Shown one piece after another: positions 7,558 through 17,612 of a stretch of DNA of 64,000 bases. The notes under the pieces were generated by a model that made no database searches, was not told the DNA's origin, and saw only the letters and a program-made list of their open reading frames with translations. The stretch lies in the NCBI GenBank assembly GCA_964582235.1, contig CAZOQW010000001.1, positions 76,835 to 140,834 of the forward strand, written 5' to 3'. The DNA comes from an uncultured Muribaculaceae bacterium (lineage in GTDB: Bacteria > Bacteroidota > Bacteroidia > Bacteroidales > UBA932). The translations under genes and the position numbers were made by a program. How positions within the stretch are numbered: position 1 is the first letter of the stretch; every line of letters begins with the position of its first letter.

Positions 7558-9255
7558 TTAAGATTCGGTTGCTGCTTCGATTTTCTTCAACATCGCGAAC
7601 ATTATCAGACCGGCAAGCACGCAGAGAGCCATGAGCACTGCCCAGTTGGCCTCCAGGGACACATTCATCCACAACAGACCGGGAATCGAGCTGAGGTAGT
7701 TGCCGACAGCGGTCGCAGCGAACCAAAGACCCATCATGAGACCTTTGTACTTGGGAGGTGCCACCTTGGTCACGAAAGAGATTCCCATAGGGCTGAGCAG
7801 GAGTTCCGCGAAAGTCAGCACGAGATAAGTTCCCATGAGGTAGGCGGGCACTACGGGGTCAGGAGCCACCGTACCCTGAATCTCGGCAGGAGCGGGCTGT
7901 CCCATGGATGCGAAAATCATCACGAGATAGCCGAGGGCGGCCACGAACATTCCTATTCCGATTTTCTTCGGGGCTGAAGGTTCAAGTCCATTCGGGTGTT
8001 TCTTTGTCTTCTTGGAAGCCAGCCAAGAGAACAGGGCAATGGAAATAGGTGTAAGGAACACCACAAAGAAGGGATTGAACTGCTGGAAGAGCTGGGGCTG
8101 GATGGTGAGGGGATCCTCAAGTCCGGCATATATGGCGTATGCGCCACCCCAGAGGACGAGCGTCACGACTGCGCAGATAAATTTGCTACTGCGCTTCTCG
8201 GCTTGAAATACCTGGAAGAGCGTGTATATGCTTATGGCTATCAGCGCGAGTATCCAGATATTGAAGCCCATACGGGTCCAGCCTGTAGCGAAGCTCTGGG
8301 TATAGTCACGTGCGAACCAGGTAAGCGACTGGCCGTTCTGGTGGAATGCCATCCAGAAGAAAATTACGACTGCGAACACGAGGCAGAGGGCGACAATCCT
8401 GTCCTTGGTCTGCTTCGGGGTAAGTTCCTCGACCTTTGCGGCACCGGAAGCGGCAGCCTGCTTGGCATTGACATCGGCATGCCTGAACCATGAACGGCAG
8501 GCGAAATAGATGCCGACAGAAACTATCAGGGATATGCAGGCTACTGCAAAGCCCATGTTATATGAAGATGAAAGATGTTCGATGTAGTACGGGCAGAAGC
8601 TGTCGAGACCCATTCCGGCAACATCGGAACCGGGCATCATGTCTTTCAGTCCCTCCAGACGGGAAAGGTTGTCGGAAGTGATGGTGCCGTTCATGTACTG
8701 GTGAGCGAGGGCGGGTATATCAGCCTTGTAAACCAGTCCGGCCTTGCCGAGGAAACTGTTGGTGATGGCGGTGGCTGCAGAAGGAGCGAACATCGCACCG
8801 ATGTTGATTGCCATGTAGAAGAGGCTGAATGCGGAATCTCGCTTGGGGGCATACTTGGGATCATCGTAGAGATTGCCCACGAGCACCTGGAGATTACCTT
8901 TGAAGAGTCCCGTTCCCACGGATATAAGGAGCAGGGCGCCTATCATCAGCACCACTCCAAAGGCGTTGGCAGCGGTAGGTATGGCCAAAACCAGATACCC
9001 CATGAACATCACTGAAATTCCCACAACCACGCATTTGCCGTAACCTATGCGGTCGGCGAGCCAGCCGCCGAGCACGGGCATGAAATAAACCGCAGCAAGG
9101 AAAATAGAGTAAACTTGACTTGCCGTAGCCTGTTCCCAGCCGAACTTGGCCTGAAGGAAAAGCATGAAGATGGCAAGCATGGTGTAGTAGCCGAATCGCT
9201 CGCCGGTGTTGGCCAGCGCAAGGGCATACAGACCTTTTGGTTGTCCTTTGAACAT
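7558..9255 (-). CDS. POT/PTR-family proton-dependent oligopeptide transporter (MFS)
   Basis: GERFGYY (ExxERFxYY-like), GGWLADR, GTGLFKGN, FSLFYMAINIGA, FQQFNPFF; start set at MFKGQPKG. Confidence 0.92.
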   Translation of the reverse strand: MFKGQPKGLYALALANTGERFGYYTMLAIFMLFLQAKFGWEQATASQVYSIFLAAVYFMPVLGGWLADRIGYGKCVVVGISVMFMGYLVLAIPTAANAFGVVLMIGALLLISVGTGLFKGNLQVLVGNLYDDPKYAPKRDSAFSLFYMAINIGAMFAPSAATAITNSFLGKAGLVYKADIPALAHQYMNGTITSDNLSRLEGLKDMMPGSDVAGMGLDSFCPYYIEHLSSSYNMGFAVACISLIVSVGIYFACRSWFRHADVNAKQAAASGAAKVEELTPKQTKDRIVALCLVFAVVIFFWMAFHQNGQSLTWFARDYTQSFATGWTRMGFNIWILALIAISIYTLFQVFQAEKRSSKFICAVVTLVLWGGAYAIYAGLEDPLTIQPQLFQQFNPFFVVFLTPISIALFSWLASKKTKKHPNGLEPSAPKKIGIGMFVAALGYLVMIFASMGQPAPAEIQGTVAPDPVVPAYLMGTYLVLTFAELLLSPMGISFVTKVAPPKYKGLMMGLWFAATAVGNYLSSIPGLLWMNVSLEANWAVLMALCVLAGLIMFAMLKKIEAATES

Positions 9256-9298
9256 AATTATTAAAGAGTTATAGATTTTTACCACGTCGGCAACTCCG

Positions 9299-9306
9299 CA
9301 AAGATA
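9299..9306 (-). promoter_or_regulatory. -7 promoter element (TATCTTTG) for the POT transporter
   Basis: caaagata on the plus strand. Confidence 0.6.
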
Positions 9307-9442
9307 GAAAAATTCCGCAATTTAGCCTAACGGCCACTGCACGGCGGCAGCTGGCAGAGTCAAACGACAAGTGCAATCTACGCTCGACCGCAATCCGAAT
9401 CCGAATCAAGCAAACTCGTTTGGATTGCTCTCAACTTCTGCG

Positions 9443-9450
9443 TATCTTTG
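9443..9450 (+). promoter_or_regulatory. -7 promoter element (TATCTTTG) for the acyltransferase
   Basis: Consensus match 6 nt before ATG 9457 (near-leaderless). Confidence 0.55.
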
Positions 9451-9456
9451 TCTGAT

Positions 9457-10371
9457 ATGGACAATCGCGGAAAATTCGGAAGCTTTGTACTGCGCGTACT
9501 GATCAAGCCACTATCCCTGCTTCCTCTCTCATTTCACAGAACCTGCGGCCGGCTGACGGGAAGGCTGATAGGAAGCGTCTTCCATTACAGGAGGGACGTA
9601 ATGATAACAAATCTCGCGAGGGCGTTCCCTGACAAGAAATATTCTGAAATCAAAGAAATAGCGAAGAAAGCCTACGAACACCTCGGAAAAATCTTCACCG
9701 AGGCAATATGGTTCGGAGGCTGCAGCGGCAGGCCCGAAAGGCTGCACAAGTCACACATAGTCACCCTCGACAATCCGGAAGTACTCAACCGCATCCACGA
9801 ACTCGGGCACAGCATCATGATTGCCAGCTCCCACTGCGGCAACTGGGAAATTTACGGCGGATTTGAGCATTACACCTACTCCGAGCCGCTGAAATACACC
9901 GAAGCGGACCTCTGCATGCCATACCGCCGGCAGCACAGCCCGACCTGGGACCGCTTCCTTCTCCACAACCGCAAGAGCATACTTGCCGACAAGAACCACG
10001 ACGGGCTTGTGGAATCCCTCGACATAATGAAATTCGCATTCCGCAACCGGCACAAGAACCGCCTGTACTTCTTCATCGCCGACCAGTATCCCTATCGCAA
10101 GAGTTCACGGACACAGGTCGAATTCATGCACCAGCCCACCTGGGTGATGGACGGGATAGCCCAACTTGCACATACAATGGGCATGGCCTTCGCCTACCTC
10201 AGCATGAAGGAGACCCCGGATGGCAATTATGTGATGCACCTGACACCGCTGAGCGAGGACGCATCCAAGGATGACCCGCAGGAGTTGCTGCAGAAATATT
10301 TCACGCTGTTGCAGAAAGACCTTGAAGAACAGCCGTGGAATTATCTCTGGACCCACAAAAGGTGGAAATAA
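9457..10371 (+). CDS. Lipid A/lysophospholipid acyltransferase (LpxL-like)
   Basis: NLARAFP, SHCGNWE, FIADQ, EEQPWNYLWTHKRWK. Confidence 0.85.
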   Translation: MDNRGKFGSFVLRVLIKPLSLLPLSFHRTCGRLTGRLIGSVFHYRRDVMITNLARAFPDKKYSEIKEIAKKAYEHLGKIFTEAIWFGGCSGRPERLHKSHIVTLDNPEVLNRIHELGHSIMIASSHCGNWEIYGGFEHYTYSEPLKYTEADLCMPYRRQHSPTWDRFLLHNRKSILADKNHDGLVESLDIMKFAFRNRHKNRLYFFIADQYPYRKSSRTQVEFMHQPTWVMDGIAQLAHTMGMAFAYLSMKETPDGNYVMHLTPLSEDASKDDPQELLQKYFTLLQKDLEEQPWNYLWTHKRWK

Positions 10372-10440
10372 AAAGCAGGAATGTGGATATTTTTTGCTAC
10401 CTTTCAGAGTTTGAACGAAAATTCTTTAAAACAATAAGAC

Positions 10441-11898
10441 ATGACCATCAAAGATCTCCAGCCAAACATTGTTTGGAACAATTTCTACGGGCTTACACGT
10501 TGCCCCCGTCCCTCCAAGCACGAAGAAGCCGCCCGCAAATTCATTCTCGAGTGGGCTGCCGAGCGAGGCATTGATGCCGAGGCCGACGAGACCGGCAACG
10601 TAATAATCCGCGTACCCGCAACTCCCGGATACGAAAACCGCAAGGGAGTTATCCTGCAGGTACACATGGACATGGTTCCCCAGAAAACCGCAGACAAGGA
10701 GCACGACTTCCTTACGGATCCCATAGAGACCATCATCGAGGGCGACTGGGTGACTGCAGACCGCACTACCCTCGGAGCCGATAACGGCATGGGCGTGGCC
10801 CTGGCAATGGCAGTGGCAGAGTCCAAGGACGTTCCTCACGGACCGCTTGAAGTGCTCGTCACCTACGACGAGGAGACCGGAATGAGCGGCGCAAAGGCCC
10901 TGAAGCCGGGAGTACTCAAAGGCGACATCCTCCTCAACCTTGACTCCGAGGACGAGGAAGAGCTCTGCATCGGCTGCGCCGGAGGACTTGACGCCGTGGC
11001 TGACTTCAAGTACCGCACCCTCAAGACCCAGGCAGGATATGTAGGCTACAAGCTCGCCGTAAAGGGACTAGCCGGAGGACATTCCGGAATGGACATCTCG
11101 CTGTACCGCGCCAATGCCAACAAAGTGATTGCCAATGCCTTGATTCCCGTGATGGAGAAATACGAAGTCAAGCTCGTCAGCTTCACCGGAGGCAGCCTGC
11201 GCAATGCCATACCTTTCGAGGCCGAGGCTGAAATCGTAGTTCCCGCAGAGAGGGCTGTACCGGCAGTGAGGTCAGTGAAAAAGACCTTCGCCGAACTTAA
11301 AGAGCGCTACAAGGAAAGCGACCCCGCAATGGAGTACAGCGTCGAGCGCCTCAAGAAGACCGCAGCCGAGTACATCGAGGAAGGCGTGGCCGTCAATGCC
11401 ATGAAGGCAATTTCCGCCTGCCCTTCCAACGTGGTGCGCATGAGCCAGAGTATGCCCGGACTTACCGAGACCTCTATCAACCTCGCAGTAGTCAGGACCG
11501 GACGCGGACATATCAAGGTATCCTCCCTGCTCAGGAGCGCAGTCGATGAGTCAAAGCAGGAACTCGCCAACCGCGTGAAGTACATCTTCGAGTTCGCCGG
11601 AGCACAGGTGAAATTCTCAGGCGGCTACTGCGGCTGGGTTCCCAAGCCCGACACGCCGATGATAGCCATGCTCAACGAGACCCACAAGAGGCTGTTCGGA
11701 AAACCGATGAACATAATGGCCACCCACGGCGGATTGGAGTGCGCCCTGCTCGGAGCCAAGTATCCCCACTGGGAAATGGTGTCCATAGGACCGACCATCC
11801 TCTATCCCCACTCCCCCGACGAGAGGGTGAACATCCCTTCAGTCGCACACGTGTGGGAACTGCTCAAAGCCGTCCTGGCTGACATCCCTGTAAAATAG
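10441..11898 (+). CDS. pepD: Aminoacyl-histidine dipeptidase (M20)
   Basis: LQVHMDMV, TTLGADNG, DEETGM, GGHSG, THGGLEC, HSPDER. Confidence 0.95.
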   Translation: MTIKDLQPNIVWNNFYGLTRCPRPSKHEEAARKFILEWAAERGIDAEADETGNVIIRVPATPGYENRKGVILQVHMDMVPQKTADKEHDFLTDPIETIIEGDWVTADRTTLGADNGMGVALAMAVAESKDVPHGPLEVLVTYDEETGMSGAKALKPGVLKGDILLNLDSEDEEELCIGCAGGLDAVADFKYRTLKTQAGYVGYKLAVKGLAGGHSGMDISLYRANANKVIANALIPVMEKYEVKLVSFTGGSLRNAIPFEAEAEIVVPAERAVPAVRSVKKTFAELKERYKESDPAMEYSVERLKKTAAEYIEEGVAVNAMKAISACPSNVVRMSQSMPGLTETSINLAVVRTGRGHIKVSSLLRSAVDESKQELANRVKYIFEFAGAQVKFSGGYCGWVPKPDTPMIAMLNETHKRLFGKPMNIMATHGGLECALLGAKYPHWEMVSIGPTILYPHSPDERVNIPSVAHVWELLKAVLADIPVK

Positions 11899-11899
11899 G

Positions 11900-12589
11900 A
11901 TGACCGGGCAACTGAAAGAAATGCTGATAGACAGGGCCGTTAAATATAACGACCCTGTTTATTTCCAAAACGACCCTATAGCCTTTCCGCGCCACTTCCA
12001 TGAACGGGGAGCCTCGCGCAGGGATATCGAGATAGCCGCCGTGTTCGCCGCCCACTTTGCCTGGGGACGACGGGAAATGATAGTCCGGGACTGCGGCAGA
12101 CTCTTCGACCAGATGGAGTGGAAACCCTGCGACTATGTAATGTCAGGAGACTGGCGAAACGACCCTGTAAGCGTACACCGCACGATAAAGTGGAGCGAAA
12201 CTGCCGAAATCTGCCGCAGGCTCAGAGAATATTACTCCGGGCACGAGTCCTTAGAGGAGTTGGACGCGACAGGAATGCGCAGCCGCATATTCGGACAGAA
12301 GGAAGACCCAAGGGCCGCAAACAAGAAAATCAACATGATGCGCCGCTGGATGGTGCGCCGTGACGGGAAAGTTGACCTCGGAATATGGAAGGACAGCGAT
12401 CCGAAAGAACTCATCATCCCTTTGGACGTGCATGTATACGCCCAGGCGAGCGAACTCGGCCTGACGGCAAGAAAACAGAAAGATATCAAGACCGCCATCG
12501 AAATCACCGATGCTTTCAGGGAGATTTTTCCCGATGACCCCGTGCTCGGCGATTTCGCACTTTTCGGATACGGAATAGAAAATGCCTAA
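11900..12589 (+). CDS. TIGR02757/DUF2400-family protein
   Basis: DPIAFP, DIEIAA..AA..AWG, K.INM..RWMVR....VDLGIW, L.IPLDVHV...A..LGL, FP.DP..GDFALFGYG. Confidence 0.8.
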   Translation: MTGQLKEMLIDRAVKYNDPVYFQNDPIAFPRHFHERGASRRDIEIAAVFAAHFAWGRREMIVRDCGRLFDQMEWKPCDYVMSGDWRNDPVSVHRTIKWSETAEICRRLREYYSGHESLEELDATGMRSRIFGQKEDPRAANKKINMMRRWMVRRDGKVDLGIWKDSDPKELIIPLDVHVYAQASELGLTARKQKDIKTAIEITDAFREIFPDDPVLGDFALFGYGIENA

Positions 12590-13166
12590 TCTTTACATCA
12601 TATCAGGCTGCAACGGCGCCGGCAAGACCACGGCATCCTACACCCTGCTGCCGGATTTGCTCGAATGCAGCGAATTCGTCAATTCCGACGAGTTCGCAAA
12701 GAGCCTCTCGCCTTTTGACCCCTCGGCCGCCTCAGTGACGGCGAGCCGATACATGTTGATGAAAATCAACTATCTGCTCGGAAGTTATCAGAGCTTCGGT
12801 GTCGAGACCACGCTTGCGACCCGCTACCTCGTGAAGATTATCGAGGAAGCACAGTCGATGGGTTACGAGGTCACCATACTCTATTTCTGGCTCAATTCCC
12901 CGGAACTCGCAATCAAGCGCGTGCGTGACAGGGTTGCATCCGGCGGGCACAACATACCCGACAACGTAGTCCGACGCCGCTACGTAATGGGATTGAAATA
13001 CTTCTTCGACACCTACAAGCCACTCTGCGACAACTGGATGCTCGTAGACAATTCCAAATCGCCATTCTCGGTAGTGGCCAAGGGCAACAAGCGTTACACT
13101 TACATCAAGGACAACGAAAAATTCAAGCTTATCTGGAACATAGTTCACCCCAATGAGGAATATTGA
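12582..13166 (+). CDS. Zeta-toxin-like P-loop ATPase (COG4185-type)
   Basis: IISGCNGAGKTT, FVNSDE, ETTL, RV..RV..GGH.IP...VRRRY. Confidence 0.8.
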   Translation: MPNLYIISGCNGAGKTTASYTLLPDLLECSEFVNSDEFAKSLSPFDPSAASVTASRYMLMKINYLLGSYQSFGVETTLATRYLVKIIEEAQSMGYEVTILYFWLNSPELAIKRVRDRVASGGHNIPDNVVRRRYVMGLKYFFDTYKPLCDNWMLVDNSKSPFSVVAKGNKRYTYIKDNEKFKLIWNIVHPNEEY

Positions 13167-14571
13167 CAGTTTCGGGGTCGGCGAACAGCAACTCCGCGCC
13201 ATCGTGGCAGAGGCCATGAAAGGCGGCGGGGACTGGTGCGACCTCTATTTTGAGAATACCGTATACAACGACTTCCTCCTGCGAGACTCCGAGGTGAGCA
13301 GCGCCGGCTACCATGTAGACTGCGGTTGCGGCATCCGTGTGCTTAAAGGGGAAAAGACGGGCTACGCCTATTCGGAAAACCTGGAATTCAGCGAACTCAT
13401 GCGGGCCGCAAGGAACGCATCGGCAATTTGCGCCGCTTCCGGGAATCCGGCAGCCTATCATGTGGGCACAGGCACGGCAGGATTGCCCGCAGAGAACCAC
13501 TATCCGATTGTCAAGCCCTGGGCCGACGCAGGCAGCGAGACCCTTATAAGTTTCCTGCATCGCATCGAGGACGGCATCAGGGCACGGGACAACAGGGCTG
13601 ACAAGATTACCGCCATGCTGTCCTGGTCAATGAGCGAAGTCGCAATGTACAATTCGCTCGGAGAACTGACCTGCGACAGCCGTCCCCTCGGAAGCATCTC
13701 CGTTAAGACGGTCTTCGTCAGCAACGGCAAGACGGAGAATACTTCGGCATCAATCAGCCTGCGCTGCGGAGCCGAACTCATCAGCGACGGGACAGCCGAG
13801 GAACTGATAGCGAAGTCCGTTTCCGGCGTGGATGCGCTGTTCGAGGCAAAAAGACCGAAAGGCGGCAAGATGCCGGTAGTGATGGGCGCAGGAGCGTCTG
13901 GAATACTGCTGCACGAAGCAATGGGCCACGCATTCGAGGCCGACTTCAACCGCAAAGGACAGTCCATTTTCGCCGACATGCTCGGCAAGCGCGTATGCCG
14001 CAAGGGCATAAACATAGTGGACGACGGCACCCTGAACGCCATGCGCGGCTCGTGCAATTATGATGACGAGGGTGTGCCCGGACAGAAAACCTACATGGTG
14101 GCAGACGGTGTGCTCAATTCCTACCTGCACGACAGAATCAGCGCGGCCGCCTACGGAGTGGCGCCGACAGGCAACGGACGCAGGGAATCTTTCCGCTACA
14201 ATCCCATACCCCGAATGCGCTCGACCTATATGGAAAGCGGCAGCGACGGCACGGTGGAAGATCTTATAGCCTCCGTCCGCAAGGGAATTTACGTGGACCA
14301 GTTCGCCAACGGACAGGTAAAAATCGGCGAGGGAGACTTCACTTTCTACGTGAAAAGGGGCTTCCTCATCGAAGACGGACGGCTCACCATGCCCGTCAAG
14401 GACATAAACATCATAGGCAACGGTCCCCAGGCACTGGCCGATATAGAGGCTGTTGCCGCTGACATGAAAATCGACAAGGGTACATGGACCTGCGGCAAGG
14501 AACAGAGCGTGGCAGTGTCCTGCGGAATCCCGTCGGTATTGGTAAAAAGTCTGACTGTAGGAGGAGAATGA
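13153..14571 (+). CDS. tldD: TldD metalloprotease
   Basis: GILLHEAMGHAFEAD (HExxxH), DDEGV, GNGRR, PRMRSTY. Confidence 0.92.
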   Translation: MRNIDSFGVGEQQLRAIVAEAMKGGGDWCDLYFENTVYNDFLLRDSEVSSAGYHVDCGCGIRVLKGEKTGYAYSENLEFSELMRAARNASAICAASGNPAAYHVGTGTAGLPAENHYPIVKPWADAGSETLISFLHRIEDGIRARDNRADKITAMLSWSMSEVAMYNSLGELTCDSRPLGSISVKTVFVSNGKTENTSASISLRCGAELISDGTAEELIAKSVSGVDALFEAKRPKGGKMPVVMGAGASGILLHEAMGHAFEADFNRKGQSIFADMLGKRVCRKGINIVDDGTLNAMRGSCNYDDEGVPGQKTYMVADGVLNSYLHDRISAAAYGVAPTGNGRRESFRYNPIPRMRSTYMESGSDGTVEDLIASVRKGIYVDQFANGQVKIGEGDFTFYVKRGFLIEDGRLTMPVKDINIIGNGPQALADIEAVAADMKIDKGTWTCGKEQSVAVSCGIPSVLVKSLTVGGE

Positions 14572-14572
14572 C

Positions 14573-15907
14573 ATGATACTCGATTCAGAAAAAGCACTCT
14601 TGCAAGGGGCATTGCAGGCCGCCATAGATGCCGGTGCAGACAAGGCCCGCGTAACTTTCTGCAAGAGCCGGGAAGAACTCGTGGCCACCCTCAACGGCGA
14701 GGTGGACAAGGTCACAAACTGCAACGACCGCTCCCTGAGTTTCGCCCTGTTTGCGGACGGGCGTTTCGGTACGTTTTCCACCAACGCGCTCGACAGCAAA
14801 TCCCTTGCAGGCTTCATAAACAAGGCCGTGGAGACCGTCAAGACCATCGCTCCCGACCCTGACCGCGACCTGCCGGACTTCGACAGATGTTGTCACGATG
14901 CCCTGACCGGCAATGAACTGGACATCGTGGACCCGGAATACGACTCCGTCACACCCGAAATGCGGGTCCAGTCCGCCCTCGAAGCCTCGGTATTTGCCCA
15001 AGGCGAAGGCAAGGGATTCAAGTTGATATCCGAGGAGGGCGAATATTCCACAAGCAGTTACGACACCGCCATCATGGACAGCAACGGCCTGTGCTGCCTG
15101 CACAGCGAATGTTCATTTGACTACGGTGTGGAACTGACCATAGAGACTGAAGGCAACAAATACAGCGGTTACTGGTGGGATTCGGCCTCACGCCGCTCGA
15201 AGACAGACCCCGCAGCCTGCGGACGCACTGCCTTGGAAAGGGCTTTGAGACGGGTGGGAGCAGAACCTGCCGAAAGCGGAAAATACAATATGGTAGTGGA
15301 GAGCGAGGTAGCATCCCGGCTGGTCACTCCCCTGCTCCGCGCGCTGAATGCCGGTGCAATCCAGCAAAACAGCTCTTTCCTGACGGACAGCCTCGGCAAG
15401 AAGATATTCGGCGAGGGCGTGCGGCTGATAGACCGGCCCCGCATCAAGGGCAACGCCTGCTCCAAATATTTCGACGGCGAAGGCGTGGCTGCCCATGACT
15501 CCGACATTATCATGGACGGACAGGTATGCCGCTATTTCGTGAATACCTATATGTCGCACAAGCTGAAAATGGAGCCGACTATCGAAGCGCCTGTGCGTCC
15601 TGTGCTGCTTCCCTACCCACGTGCCGGACTGAAACTTGACGACATTCTCGGGCTTTGCGGCAGCGGAATCCTCGTCACGGACTTCAACGGCGGCAACTGC
15701 AACCCGGTAACGGGAGATTTCTCCTATGGGGTCGAGGGGCTGCTGTTCGAGAACGGCAATATTGTCCGGCCCGTGGGAGGCATGGTCGTGACCGGCAATT
15801 TCATCAGCCTCTGGAACAGGCTCATTGCAGCCGGAGAGGACGCAAGGGAATGTATGTCGAAACTTATTCCTACCTTAGCGTTCTCAAACGTGGACTTCAG
15901 CGGTTAG
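14573..15907 (+). CDS. pmbA: TldE/PmbA partner subunit
   Basis: TldD/PmbA-like sequence without HExxxH; FD.EGV, N.VTGDFS.G; adjacent to tldD. Confidence 0.88.
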   Translation: MILDSEKALLQGALQAAIDAGADKARVTFCKSREELVATLNGEVDKVTNCNDRSLSFALFADGRFGTFSTNALDSKSLAGFINKAVETVKTIAPDPDRDLPDFDRCCHDALTGNELDIVDPEYDSVTPEMRVQSALEASVFAQGEGKGFKLISEEGEYSTSSYDTAIMDSNGLCCLHSECSFDYGVELTIETEGNKYSGYWWDSASRRSKTDPAACGRTALERALRRVGAEPAESGKYNMVVESEVASRLVTPLLRALNAGAIQQNSSFLTDSLGKKIFGEGVRLIDRPRIKGNACSKYFDGEGVAAHDSDIIMDGQVCRYFVNTYMSHKLKMEPTIEAPVRPVLLPYPRAGLKLDDILGLCGSGILVTDFNGGNCNPVTGDFSYGVEGLLFENGNIVRPVGGMVVTGNFISLWNRLIAAGEDARECMSKLIPTLAFSNVDFSG

Positions 15908-15950
15908 TGACCCGGGACACGTAGCGTGAAATCAATGTAAAATTAATTAT

Positions 15951-16526
15951 ATGAAAATTGAGAAGAACAAAGTCGTAGCCGTGAGCTACGAACTCATGGT
16001 GGAGGGACAACTGGCCGACAAGGCCGCTTCGGACAAACCTTTGGAATATATCCACGGAACGGGCATGTTGCTGCCCAAATTCGAGTCCGAACTCGAGGGA
16101 AAGGAGCCCGGCGACGACTTCGCATTCACTCTGACACCCGGAGAGGGCTACGGCGAATATGACGAGAACTACAAGGTGGCCGTTCCCCTCAGCGCATTCG
16201 AATACAAGGGCGAAATCCGCCGTGACATACTTCAGGTCGGCAATGTACTTCCCATGTACAGTGCAGACGGACAGGTAGTCCAGGGCCGCATAGAAAGTGT
16301 AGGCGAGGATTCAGTCACCATGGACTTCAACCATCCCATGGCCGGCAAGACCCTGAATTTCAGCGGCAAGGTCGAAAGCGTGCGCGCAGCGACCGAAAAG
16401 GAACTGACCGAAGGCCTGCACGGAGAATACCTGCCCAAGGGCTGCGGCTGCAACTGCGGCGAAGGTTGCGAGGGTGGCTGTGAAGGCGGCTGCGAAGGAG
16501 ATTGCTCCTGCGGCCAGCCCGAATAG
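15951..16526 (+). CDS. slyD: FKBP-type PPIase SlyD with Cys-rich tail
   Basis: PLEYIHGTGMLLPKFE..L.GK..GD, AYGE-like GYGE, DFNHPMAGKTLNF..KV..VR.AT..E. Confidence 0.9.
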   Translation: MKIEKNKVVAVSYELMVEGQLADKAASDKPLEYIHGTGMLLPKFESELEGKEPGDDFAFTLTPGEGYGEYDENYKVAVPLSAFEYKGEIRRDILQVGNVLPMYSADGQVVQGRIESVGEDSVTMDFNHPMAGKTLNFSGKVESVRAATEKELTEGLHGEYLPKGCGCNCGEGCEGGCEGGCEGDCSCGQPE

Positions 16527-16532
16527 GGCCGT

Positions 16533-17612
16533 ATGCGCACCGCCGTTGTCGTACTCAACTGGAACACACGGGAATATCTGCGCCGTTTCCTGCCTCCGCT
16601 GATGGAGAGTCTGGACGGCACCGATGCTTTCGCCGTGGTGGCCGACAACGGCAGTGATGACGGTTCCCGCGAAGTGCTTGCGGAGGAATTTCCCGGTATA
16701 CACAGTATACTTCTTGACAGGAACTACGGTTTCACGGGAGGCTACAACCGCGCACTTGAGAAACTTGCGGAATCGGAAGATGCGCCCGAATATGTGGTGT
16801 TGCTGAATTCCGACGTACTGGTGCGTCCCGGCTGGATAGAGGTCCTGACGGAATATATGGACACTCATCCGGAATGCGGGGTGTGCGGCCCGAAGTTGCA
16901 CAAACTGCTGAGGAACGGGGCGGACGTTGAGAGCAGCTGCGAATTCGAGTATGCGGGTGCGGCCGGCGGTCTGATAGACCGTTTCGGTTTCCCTTTCTGC
17001 CGTGGCAGGGTGCTGTCAAGGACGGAAACCGATGAGGGCCAGTACGATGAGGGCAGCGGGCTGTTCTGGGTGAGCGGTGCCTGCCTGATGACGCGCATGG
17101 AATTGTGGACGCAACTCGGCGGTCTGGATGAACGCTTTTTTGCCCACATGGAGGAAATCGACTTTTGTTGGAGGGCGCAACTGGCAGGATGGAAAATCGC
17201 CTGCGCAACGGGAACCGTCGTATGGCACCTCGGAGGCGGCTCGCTACCCCAGGAATCGCCGCGCAAGCTGATGCTCAATTACCGCAACAGCCTGTTGATG
17301 CTCGGGAAGAATCTCCCGCTCACTGTAGGCGCGAAGCGGGCGGAAAGGACTATCAGGACGCGCAGATTCATCGACAACTGTGCTTCAGTCGCATATCTGC
17401 TCATGGGAAAACGCGAATACCGCGATGCCGTGAAGCAGGCACACAGGGAGGCGGACGCACTGCTTCAAGAGTCAGGCAAAGTCGCCTCAGACGGCAAATG
17501 CAGCATAGAGGGATATATGCCCCTGAGCATCATCCTGCAGGCGTTCCTGCGCGGAAAAGGAATATTCAAATACCTTAGTTCTTATGAGAATAGTCATCGT
17601 AGGTGCCGGTGA
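16533..17612 (+). CDS. GT2-family glycosyltransferase
   Basis: VVVLNWN, DNGSDDGS, NYGFTGGYN, LLNSDV, WVSGAC, FFAHMEEIDFCWR. Confidence 0.9.
   Translation: MRTAVVVLNWNTREYLRRFLPPLMESLDGTDAFAVVADNGSDDGSREVLAEEFPGIHSILLDRNYGFTGGYNRALEKLAESEDAPEYVVLLNSDVLVRPGWIEVLTEYMDTHPECGVCGPKLHKLLRNGADVESSCEFEYAGAAGGLIDRFGFPFCRGRVLSRTETDEGQYDEGSGLFWVSGACLMTRMELWTQLGGLDERFFAHMEEIDFCWRAQLAGWKIACATGTVVWHLGGGSLPQESPRKLMLNYRNSLLMLGKNLPLTVGAKRAERTIRTRRFIDNCASVAYLLMGKREYRDAVKQAHREADALLQESGKVASDGKCSIEGYMPLSIILQAFLRGKGIFKYLSSYENSHRRCR

Noticed and set aside
13750-14847. Long antisense ORFs (e.g. 13750-14847, 18112-18957, 17988-18692, 57947-58798, 59045-59674, 63039-63644)
   Set aside because: Shadows of well-supported genes on the opposite strand, expected with GC-rich codon bias; no motifs.
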